Shown here piece after piece: positions 17,946 through 26,652 of a DNA stretch of 64,000 bases (within the stretch, counting starts at the first letter, position 1; each line of letters opens with the position of its first letter). The DNA comes from Candidatus Eutrophovita brisbanensis. GTDB lineage: Bacteria; Pseudomonadota; Gammaproteobacteria; Burkholderiales; Eutrophovitaceae. A program made the position numbers and the translations under genes. Location of the stretch: contig JAYQTM010000001.1 in assembly GCA_038147395.1 (NCBI GenBank), positions 513,437 through 577,436 on the forward strand, read 5' to 3'. Under the pieces are notes generated by a model that saw only the letters and a program-made list of their open reading frames with translations, was not told where the DNA came from and ran no database searches.

Positions 17946-18102
17946 TTGATTCTCGCAATCGATTCTGGAGGGTTTCGTCTGAAGAATACTACTTTTGATT
18001 GATCCTGTTCTGCTTCGATATCAGTCAAATGTCATAAAATGACCGACATGATTCGTCCCGTCGTTGATGATGGATCGTCATTCGTGTGTCTTAAATAGGG
18101 AA

Positions 18103-19848
18103 TCAAGTTTTCCAGCTGTCTCGTAGAGTGACTGTTCTGTTGAATATCAAACGCTCGCTCTGATCGCTATCGACGTCGACTGTAAAGTAACCATGTCGCT
18201 CGAACTGGAATGTGTCTCCAGCCTTAACATTTTCTGCCGAGGCTTCGATTTGGATATTTACTGTCGTTTTTGAGGACGGATTGAGGTCAGCCAAAAAGTC
18301 CCCCCTCTTGCCCGGCTGTTCAGTCAGAAAGAGACGGTCAAATAAAATCGCCGAAGCTTCAATGGAATTGTTTGCATCGACCCAATGAATATTTCCCTTA
18401 ACTTTGTAGTTATCTGCACCAGGTGTCCCAGATTTTGAATCGGGGAAATATTCGCATAACACCTCTGAAACGTTCCCAGCTTGATCTGTGTTGAAGCCAA
18501 TGCATTTCACGACATAACCGTACCTTAGTCGGACGGTATTTCCCACGAATAATCTGAAGTATCCCTTCGGTGGGTTCTCAGAAAAATCTTCTCTCTCAAT
18601 CCACAATTCTCGAGATAATGAAAACGCTCTGGTGCCAAGATCTTTTCGTTGTGGGTGATTTGGTGCTTCGCAAATCTCCGTTTTTTCAGGGTCGTAGTTT
18701 TGGATGATTAGACGAATAGGGTTGAGTACAGCAACCTTTCTGAGAGCAGACTGATTCAGTGTTTCTCGCATACAGTCCTCAAGGATGGAGTAGTCAATTA
18801 ATGAGTCTGCTTTTGATACACCGATTCGATCGGTGAAGAGGTGAAAACCCTCTGGCGTATAACCGCGCCGTTTCGCACCCACCAGTGTCGGCATCCTGGG
18901 GTCGTTCCAACCGTCAACGTGTTTCTCTCTAACTAACTGTATGAGTTTTCTCTTTGATAGGACCACGTGCGATAAATTGAGTCTTGCAAATTCAATTTGT
19001 TGTGGCAGAGGGCGCTGTAATTGACCAAGTAGCGCAAGTTGTTCATTGATCCAGTCGTATAGTGGTCTGTGATCCTCAAACTCGAGCGTACAAATTGAGT
19101 GGGTAATGTTCTCGAGGGCATCGCAAACACCGTGAGTGAAGTCGTAACTCGGATAAATTGGCCAGTCATCTCCAGTTCGATGATGTGTGGCGTGTTTAAT
19201 TCGGTATGCAACAGGATCCCTCATGTTGATATTGGGGCTTGCCATATCGATTTTGAGTCTCAAGACATGGGAGCCATCTGGGTGTTTCCCTGCTCTCATT
19301 TCTTGAAAGAGCCTTCGGTTTTCGTCAGTATCCCTATCTCGGTATGGGCTATCTTTTCCTGGCTCCGTGAGAGTCCCACGATAATTCCGAATTTCCTCTG
19401 CGTTCAGTGAATCAACGTAAGCTAACCCCTCGTTGATTAGGAGGTTTGCGAAGTCGAAAAGCGTCTGGAAATAATCCGACGAGAAATACTCATTTTCATT
19501 CCAATTGAAACCAAGCCAAGCGACTGATTCTCGAATTGAGTTGACGTATTCGGTGTCCTCTGTTGCAGGGTTGGTGTCATCGAACCTGAGATGGCAAACA
19601 CCGTTATGTTCTGCGGCCAATCCGAAATTAAGGCAGATGGACTTTGCGTGCCCGATATGAAGGTATCCGTTTGGTTCGGGAGGGAATCGCGTGCGAATAG
19701 TCGCTGAGTCTACCGTGCCGGATTGATGTGTGGGCGCAGGGCCGGGCTGACCACCCCAAAGGCGCTCTTTAAAGATGTCGCTCTTTAAGTCTGTCTCTAT
19801 GATGGTTTTTATGAAGTTGCTGGTCGAGGCTGGTTTTTTTTCGCTCAC
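18103..19848 (-). CDS. glnS: glutamine--tRNA ligase
   Basis: 581 aa with the HIGH motif (PNGYLHIGHAKS), the KMSKS-type motif VLSKRKL, and a conserved GlnRS C-terminal beta-barrel region. Confidence 0.97.
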   Translation of the reverse strand: MSEKKPASTSNFIKTIIETDLKSDIFKERLWGGQPGPAPTHQSGTVDSATIRTRFPPEPNGYLHIGHAKSICLNFGLAAEHNGVCHLRFDDTNPATEDTEYVNSIRESVAWLGFNWNENEYFSSDYFQTLFDFANLLINEGLAYVDSLNAEEIRNYRGTLTEPGKDSPYRDRDTDENRRLFQEMRAGKHPDGSHVLRLKIDMASPNINMRDPVAYRIKHATHHRTGDDWPIYPSYDFTHGVCDALENITHSICTLEFEDHRPLYDWINEQLALLGQLQRPLPQQIEFARLNLSHVVLSKRKLIQLVREKHVDGWNDPRMPTLVGAKRRGYTPEGFHLFTDRIGVSKADSLIDYSILEDCMRETLNQSALRKVAVLNPIRLIIQNYDPEKTEICEAPNHPQRKDLGTRAFSLSRELWIEREDFSENPPKGYFRLFVGNTVRLRYGYVVKCIGFNTDQAGNVSEVLCEYFPDSKSGTPGADNYKVKGNIHWVDANNSIEASAILFDRLFLTEQPGKRGDFLADLNPSSKTTVNIQIEASAENVKAGDTFQFERHGYFTVDVDSDQSERLIFNRTVTLRDSWKT

Positions 19849-19931
19849 GTGAATGACTCGTTTGTATTTCCGTTTTCGGCGTCGTTTAAATGTGACGCTG
19901 TTGAGGTGTTGAAGTCCAAATTTTACCCTAC

Positions 19932-19961
19932 TGATAAACGTCGATTAATCGACGTTTATCA
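19932..19961. repeat. 30-bp perfect palindrome TGATAAACGTCGATT|AATCGACGTTTATCA
   Basis: I read it directly from the sequence. It lies between the stop of ORF 19979-20497 and the glnS start, and no U-tract follows on the transcribed (minus) strand. Confidence 0.9.
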
Positions 19962-19978
19962 AGCGACAACAGCACGAC

Positions 19979-20497
19979 TTAATCAAGTTCCAGAAAGTCC
20001 AGATGAATGATCCGGTAGGCTGGCTGATGGGCCAGTCGAAACGTCTCCGAGTGCCTCACTGTGGGATAAGAATCAATCTTAACTTTCTCAATGAATGCGG
20101 CGATATCTCGATATGAGAGTTGAGGATATCCGGTTGCCGAAAGTTCGACGAAACAATCGCAAAATTTTTCCAGTTTATCGGTTGATCCCTGGTGTTCGTT
20201 TGCCGTTTTATGAAATGCGTCGGACAACGCACTAAGTGAATAATTGCTCGCAATATATGGACGCAAATGAATTCTTGCTAATTTACCGTCAGGCGATATG
20301 GGATCGACGAGAGGTTCTTTGGGTCCGTCTTGTAGCGTGCTGACTTCTTTCTCCAATGACGCATGTATGTTTTCCTTGCTGTCGGTTGCGTGACTAGAGC
20401 CTAAAGCTGCTTGGTGTAACAGCTTATAGATATCGGATATTGCGAGTTTCTCGTAACGTTTGAGGTGTTGCTCAATGAGGGCGCTGATGAATTTCAT
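19979..20497 (-). CDS. conserved hypothetical protein
   Basis: 172-aa ORF transcribed divergently from birA. The motif DIYKLLHQAALGSSHA seems familiar, but I cannot name a family. Confidence 0.55.
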   Translation of the reverse strand: MKFISALIEQHLKRYEKLAISDIYKLLHQAALGSSHATDSKENIHASLEKEVSTLQDGPKEPLVDPISPDGKLARIHLRPYIASNYSLSALSDAFHKTANEHQGSTDKLEKFCDCFVELSATGYPQLSYRDIAAFIEKVKIDSYPTVRHSETFRLAHQPAYRIIHLDFLELD

Positions 20498-20615
20498 GTG
20501 CTGTGCGAATCACCTTGTGTCAAGATAGAAATACCTTAGCTACAAACCCGTTAATAGTCTAGACTTCGAGACTATACTGCTCCTGGAAAAATACAGAGCG
20601 CTGCGCGCTAACCAT

Positions 20616-21596
20616 ATGGAATGGATTGGTTCATTATTCTCTCGACTTTCTGACGGATATCCAGTTTCTATTGATTCGCTGAGTATTGCGCTCGGGGTAG
20701 ATAGAAACACACTGTTAATGGGTGTCGAGAAAGTCAACGCTGATCACACGTTTATCTCTTGTGCCGAGAATTGTTTGTCGCTATGTCGTGTCGCGGAGCC
20801 CATTGATGGTGAAAAAATATGGGCGCATGCAGTCGATTTAAAATCGGATTATGTGATTGATGTCGTTGATGAGACCGGTTCAACAAACCAGGACCTGATG
20901 GCGTGTACCCCGACGGTCAATGTGATCAAGAAACGGGTTTTGGTAGCAGAAAAACAAAACGCGGGTCGGGGTACTAAGGGGCGATCGTGGATGTCAATCC
21001 CCGGAGGATCGATCACTTTCTCGATTGCGTACACCTTGAGCCGAGAAACTACGTCTTTGAATATTTCACCATTGTCGTTGGTCGCTGGTCTTGCAGTCAT
21101 TCACGCACTTATGGATCTCGGTTCGAGAAATATAACGCTCAAATGGCCAAATGACCTGATGTGTCAGGACTCTAAAATTGGTGGCATTCTGGTTGAAGCA
21201 AACCGTAAGTCAGACCGCGTGGGTATTGTTATTGGGATAGGGCTGAATGTACGTTTACCGCAATCGTTAATGGATATATTGGATCAGCCAGTAACGGATT
21301 TGCAATCGTCAGGAATGTCGTTGGATCGAAATTTGATCATTGCGAAGATTCTAATTAAGTTGGATGAGATGGTGTCATCTTTCTTGGTCGATGGATTTTC
21401 GCGATTTCGTGGTGAGTATGATGCGGTCCATCGGTTTCAGGACTGCTTGATTCATTTGCGCACCCCCGACAATGAGCTCATATCAGGCAAAGTGGCGGGG
21501 GTGGGCAACAGCGGTGAGCTCATTCTCGATGTGGCTGGCACCAAGAGGTCTTTTTTATCTGGCGAGGTTCAGATGCAACGCGTAGAGAGCTCTTAA
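20616..21596 (+). CDS. birA: bifunctional biotin--[acetyl-CoA-carboxylase] ligase / repressor BirA
   Basis: 326 aa with an N-terminal HTH region, the biotin-ligase loop GRGTKGRSW (GRGRxGRxW type) and KWPNDL. Confidence 0.9.
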   Translation: MEWIGSLFSRLSDGYPVSIDSLSIALGVDRNTLLMGVEKVNADHTFISCAENCLSLCRVAEPIDGEKIWAHAVDLKSDYVIDVVDETGSTNQDLMACTPTVNVIKKRVLVAEKQNAGRGTKGRSWMSIPGGSITFSIAYTLSRETTSLNISPLSLVAGLAVIHALMDLGSRNITLKWPNDLMCQDSKIGGILVEANRKSDRVGIVIGIGLNVRLPQSLMDILDQPVTDLQSSGMSLDRNLIIAKILIKLDEMVSSFLVDGFSRFRGEYDAVHRFQDCLIHLRTPDNELISGKVAGVGNSGELILDVAGTKRSFLSGEVQMQRVESS

Positions 21597-21649
21597 TTCT
21601 TGATCTTAGGTTCTTGTAGACTACTGACTATTTGGAGCGGCCAAAATTA

Positions 21650-22380
21650 ATGATACTGACTGTTGATATTGGAAACACCCAGATCAAATGGGCTGTGTTC
21701 GCTTCCGGAAAATTTAGCCTTTTCGGGCGTTGTCCATTATCGAGCGTCAAAAAGCTCCCCTTATACTGGAAAGACCTGCCGAATCCAGAAAAAATTGTGG
21801 TTTCAAATGTCGCGGGTGAAGTCGCGGCGGAGGCCATTGGGGCTGCGGTAACAAATTGGGACATTAATCCGTACTGGGTAGAATCGCAGCCACTGCAATG
21901 TGGCGTCACCAATTCATATGATGATCCTCGTCAGTTAGGCTCGGATCGCTGGGCGATGTTAATTGGCGCGCATTCTCTTGGAATGGGAATGTTGTTGTTG
22001 TGTGTGCGGGGACGGCGACGACAATTCATGGACTTACCGCGGATGGAAAGTTTCTTGGCGGGCTGATTATTCCCGGATACGAGCTCATGCATCAGTCGTT
22101 AGGTAAAAATGCTGATTTATTGCAGAGTGATGAGGGTATCGTTACTGTGTTACCACGTTCAACACAAGCGGCAATTACGTCGGGTATCGTTAAGGCAACG
22201 TGTACAACAATTGATTCGTTTTGTGACGACATGGCCCGATCCGGACACGAACCGGATAAGATTATTTTAAGTGGGGGCGCTGCAGAAAAATTTTCTGAAA
22301 GCTTATCGCTGCCAGTTGTCGTTGAAGACCACTTGGTTATGAAAGGATTACTAGAGATTTCACGTGACATCACGGGCTAA
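21650..22380 (+). pseudogene. coaX: type III pantothenate kinase CoaX, reading frame broken (ORFs 21632-22066 and 22000-22380)
   Basis: The N-terminal ORF has ILTVDIGNTQIKWAVF and GSDRW. The C-terminal ORF has VVVVCAGTATTIHG...LSGGAA. The frames join only if one base is added near 21980-21990 (GGAATGGGAATG). Confidence 0.85.
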
Positions 22381-22422
22381 ATTTTTTATGACGTGTTTTT
22401 TAACTAGGTGCTCTAATGATTT

Positions 22423-22626
22423 ATGGCGAAGTCGATAAGTTTTTTGTTGATCGTCGCTAATCTATGCATTGGCGGCTACGTGTTTTATCTCGAGCCCCGA
22501 TTGCAGATCGATTATGGCCCAGAGGCCAATCAAATTAATCCTGATTACATCGAGATAATCAAGACTTCCATAAGCACCCAAACTGAATCGAGAGTGTTAC
22601 CGTGTCACATCAGGCCAGATTCCTGA
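22423..22626 (+). CDS. hypothetical membrane-anchored protein, possibly the N-terminal fragment of a frame-broken gene running to 22831
   Basis: 67-aa ORF with a TM helix (ISFLLIVANLCIGGYVF). A second frame is open from 22574 to the stop at 22829-22831 but has no usable start codon. Confidence 0.35.
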   Translation: MAKSISFLLIVANLCIGGYVFYLEPRLQIDYGPEANQINPDYIEIIKTSISTQTESRVLPCHIRPDS

Positions 22627-22839
22627 TCTAGACCGTGAACGCATAAATGATCTTGCATTGGCGTTTAATTATTCGGCCGAGTGGTTCGATGAATCCGATG
22701 GATTAATGCTTTTGGTGAAGCGTAACGTGGCAGCACAAGATAGTTTTGAAGAGACATCATTCCCTCGCGAGCTCGCAGAGGTGATGACATCGGTCACTTG
22801 TCCGCCAGAGCCTCCCGTTTTAGATCAATGAGAGTGTAT

Positions 22840-24442
22840 CTAAACGGGATCTATATTCATTGCCGCAGCGATTAATTCTTTCGTGTAATTGCTCGAGGGT
22901 GTTTCAAACAGCGTCTGTGTCTCACCTTGCTCGACTACTTGCCCATTTTTCATGACGATGACTCGGTGAGATAGCGCTTTGATCACACTTAAATCGTGAC
23001 TGATGAAAAGATAAGACATCGAATATTTGTCTTGTAAGCGTCTGAGTAACGCAATAATTTGTGACTGAATCGAAAGATCTAGTGCTGAGGTGGGTTCGTC
23101 CAAGATGATTAATTTTGGTCTGACCGCAAATGCCCTTGCGATCGATATTCGTTGTCTCTGTCCCCCAGAGAATTCATGAGGATATCGATCGCGACTATCG
23201 CGAGCGAGTCCGACGTCATCTAACGCTTGGTCGATGATTTTGTTTAGTTCGTTCGTCGATCTTGCTAATCCGTGAAGAGTTACTCCTTCGCCAATTATCT
23301 GCGATACCGTCATGCGAGGACTCAAGCTGCCGAAGGGGTCTTGGAACACAATTTGTAGGTGTTTTCGGTGAGGCCGTAATTCCTTTTGCGATAGTGTGTC
23401 GATTCGATCGCTGAGTAGTTGGATCTCTCCAGTGCTATCGACCAGTCTGACGCAGGCCGCGCCGAGAGAGCTTTTCCCCGATCCGCTTTCTCCAACGACA
23501 CCTAATGTTTCCCCTTCGTGCAACGTGAAGCTCACATTATCAACGGCCTTCACAAAGCCATGAGTTCTTCGAAGAAGACCTTTTTTTATGGGATACCAGA
23601 CACGAAGGTCGCTCACGCTTAAGAGTGACACGACTGTCAGCTTTTAATGGCATCGCGCTGCCTGATGGCTTCGAGCCAATGAGCATTTTCGTGTAGTCGT
23701 GACGAGGCGCATCAAAAGTTTGAGGGATTGGCCCAGACTCTACAATTTTGCCGCTTTGCATGACATAAACTTTTGATGCAATTTTAGAAACGACCCTCAA
23801 GTCGTGCGTTATCAGAAGTATCGCCATTCCTAAACGCTTCTGTATGTCCTTGAGTAATTGCAGTAATTGTGCTTGGACAGTGACATCAACTGCTGTTGTT
23901 GGCTCATCAGCAATGAGTAGATCAGGATCATTTGCTAGAGCCATTGCTATCATCACCCGTTGACGTTGTCCCCCAGATAATTGATGTGGAAAGTAATTCA
24001 ATCGGCCCCTTGGGTCTGGAATGTTGACTAACTCAAGTAGTTCTATTACCCGGCTCCTACATTTTTGTTTGGTAAGCCCTTTATGAAGGAATAATACCTC
24101 GCTGATTTGTTTTTCTATGGTGTGTAAAGGATTGAGAGAGGTCATGGGCTCTTGAAAAATCATGGAAATTCGATTTCCACGAATTCGACGAATCGTTTCT
24201 TTATCCGCTCCAATTAGCTCTGTATTCGAGAAGCGAATCGAGCTCGTCTTTGAGTGCCGCGCTAGGGGGTAAGGCAATAATTGAAGCACCGAAAGTGCGG
24301 TGACAGACTTGCCTGAGCCACTCTCACCAATAAGAGCGACAGTTTCTCCTCTGTCTATACTCAGTGATATATCTTCGACAACGGTCTTCTTCTTTTCATC
24401 ACGACCGAAGGACACACTGAGATTTTTAATGTCTAGCAACAT
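22840..24442 (-). pseudogene. yejF: fused double-ATPase of the peptide/microcin C ABC transporter (YejF-like), reading frame broken (ORFs 23540-24517 and 22840-23631)
   Basis: There are two ABC cassettes (GESGSGKSVTA and GESGSGKSSLG, each with LSGGQRQR). In E. coli YejF they form one polypeptide. The halves join if one base is removed from the T4 run at 23642-23645. The start is set at ATG 24442 (MLLDIKNLSVSF). Confidence 0.85.
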
Positions 24443-24485
24443 GATAAGCGTGTCCTGAAACTGAGGGGATGTCGTTTTCGGATCC

Positions 24486-25511
24486 TCATGTGAACAATTT
24501 CCTTGGGTCGAATGCATCTCTCACAGCCTCGCCGATAAAGATGAGCAGGCTTAGCATCAGCGCGATCACGAAAAAACCAGTTAGAGCAAGCCAGGGCGCC
24601 TGGAGGTTTGCCTTACCTTGGGCCAGTAACTCGCCCAGAGAAGCTGACCCTGCGGGCAACCCTATCCCAAGAAAATCGAGAGAGGTCAACACGGTAACGG
24701 ATCCCGCAAGCGTGAACGGCATGAATGCCATGGTCGCAACGAGAGCGTTTGGTAGTACGTGTTTGAGAATAATTTTCGTGTTTCCCAATCCTAACGCTCG
24801 AGCAGCTTTGACGTAGTCGAAATTCCTAGCTCGCAAAAACTCTGCGCGAACGACGCCAACGAAACCCATCCAGCTAAATAACAACAACAATCCTAGGAGC
24901 CACCAGAAATTCGGTTCTATGATGCTCGTCAGAATGATTAACAGATACAAGGTTGGCATTCCCGACCAAATCTCAATGAATCTTTGACCGACCAAATCTA
25001 CCCACCCACCAAAATATCCTTGAAGAGCTCCCGCGAAGACGCCAATGATCGCGCTCACAACTGTGAGAGAAAAGCCAAAGAGCACTGATATCCTGAATCC
25101 GTATATCACGCGCGCAAGAACGTCTCGTGCTTGATCGTCAGTGCCCAGGATGTGTTCACTATCCGGTGGGGAGGGGGCGGGCATCGGAAGGTCCCAAGAT
25201 ACCGTTTGGTGGTTGAATGGCACCAGTGGATTTAGAATCCAACCGGAGGATTCGATCTTCTCCACGATGTAGGGGTCGGTGTAGTCTGTTTCTGTCTCGA
25301 ATGTGCCGCCGAACGTGGTTTCTTCGTACTGTTTAAAGATAGGAAAGAAAATCTCACCTTTATAGGAAACCACGATAGGCTTGTCGTTGGCTATAAACTC
25401 TGCTGGCAGAGTAAATAACATTAAGATCGCGAAGATCCAAAAGGATATCCAGCCACGTTTGTTATTTTTAAAATTTTGTAGCCTTCGGCTTGTGATCGGA
25501 TTAAGCGTCAT
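24486..25511 (-). CDS. yejE: ABC transporter permease, YejE-like
   Basis: 341 aa and multi-TM, with a binding-protein-dependent transport signature region (FDYVKAARALGLGNTKIILKHVLPN). Confidence 0.9.
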   Translation of the reverse strand: MTLNPITSRRLQNFKNNKRGWISFWIFAILMLFTLPAEFIANDKPIVVSYKGEIFFPIFKQYEETTFGGTFETETDYTDPYIVEKIESSGWILNPLVPFNHQTVSWDLPMPAPSPPDSEHILGTDDQARDVLARVIYGFRISVLFGFSLTVVSAIIGVFAGALQGYFGGWVDLVGQRFIEIWSGMPTLYLLIILTSIIEPNFWWLLGLLLLFSWMGFVGVVRAEFLRARNFDYVKAARALGLGNTKIILKHVLPNALVATMAFMPFTLAGSVTVLTSLDFLGIGLPAGSASLGELLAQGKANLQAPWLALTGFFVIALMLSLLIFIGEAVRDAFDPRKLFT

Positions 25512-25530
25512 TTTGAGTTATCGACGTCGT

Positions 25531-26652
25531 TTAGTTTTGACTTTCAAAATCAATTCGAGGATCGATGATCATGTACATGACGTCACCAATGAGGTTCATG
25601 ACAAGACCCAAGAGCGAGAAAAAAAAGAGTGAGCCGAACATCAGGGGATAGTCTCGACTAAAAGCCGCTTCAAACCCGAGCAAGCCGAGACCATCTAACG
25701 AAAAGATGATTTCGATGAGTAGCGATCCCGTAAACAATATTCCAATTAAAGCTGACGGAAATCCAGCGATCACGATCAACATCGCATTACGAAACACATG
25801 ACCATACAGAACCTTATTATCTGTGAGTCCTTTCGCTCTTGCTGTCAGGACGTATTGTTGATTGATTTGATCAATGAATGAGTTCTTAGTCAGCATCGTT
25901 AAGCCGGCGAAGCCACCGATCACCATGGAGATGACTGGCAGGGCAAGGTGCCAGAAATAATCTGAAACGCAATGCAGATTGGTTGCGCAAGTTAGAACCG
26001 AGTAACTGAGAAACTCTTCAGACTGAAGACCTCGAAGAGGAAACCAATCTAGATAACTGCCTCCAGCGAACAGGACCATCAAGAATACCGCGAATAAAAA
26101 CCCGGGGATCGCAGTGCCTATCACAATTGCAAAACTCGTCATGAGATCGAATTGGCTTCCGTCAGAGATGGCTTTTCGTATTCCAAGGGGAACTGATATC
26201 AGGTACACGATCAATGTTGTCCATAGTCCGAGAGAAATGGAAACGGGTAGTTTCTCTAGCACTAGATCAACGACATCGGTGTCTCGATAAAAACTTTTGC
26301 CGAAATCAAACACCACGTAATCCGAGAGCATTTTGAAAAAACGTTCGTGCATGGGCTTATCAAAACCAAAGCGTTGCTCGAGCTCCTGGATAAACTCGGG
26401 ATCTAGGCCTTGCGCACCTCTATATCGGCTCGGCTCATTGATGCTGGTACTTTGTGAGGGCGCGGCAATGGTTTCCGTACCACCGCTTTTTGTTACGCGT
26501 TCTGTTATGGCATTTCCGTGTCCTGAGAGTTGTGCTATTGCTTGCTCTACAGGACCGCCCGGCGCGGCTTGAATAACCAGAAAATTGGTTAGCATGATCC
26601 CGAGTAGGGTGGGGATTATGAGTAACAGTCGTCGAAGGATGTATGAAGTCAA
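25531..26652 (-). CDS. yejB: ABC transporter permease, YejB-like
   Basis: The N-terminus TSYILRRLLLIIPTLLGIMLTNF aligns with the E. coli YejB start. I chose the TTG start at 26652 (GGAGG 5 nt upstream), which overlaps the yejA stop. Confidence 0.9.
   Translation of the reverse strand: MTSYILRRLLLIIPTLLGIMLTNFLVIQAAPGGPVEQAIAQLSGHGNAITERVTKSGGTETIAAPSQSTSINEPSRYRGAQGLDPEFIQELEQRFGFDKPMHERFFKMLSDYVVFDFGKSFYRDTDVVDLVLEKLPVSISLGLWTTLIVYLISVPLGIRKAISDGSQFDLMTSFAIVIGTAIPGFLFAVFLMVLFAGGSYLDWFPLRGLQSEEFLSYSVLTCATNLHCVSDYFWHLALPVISMVIGGFAGLTMLTKNSFIDQINQQYVLTARAKGLTDNKVLYGHVFRNAMLIVIAGFPSALIGILFTGSLLIEIIFSLDGLGLLGFEAAFSRDYPLMFGSLFFFSLLGLVMNLIGDVMYMIIDPRIDFESQN

Noticed and set aside
23540-23631. Reading the two ATPase ORFs as separate OppD/OppF-like genes.
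   Set aside because: The overlap is 92 nt, the second ORF has no Shine-Dalgarno sequence, and the tail of the first ORF is exactly the frame-shifted reading of the second. The YejF prototype is a fused protein.
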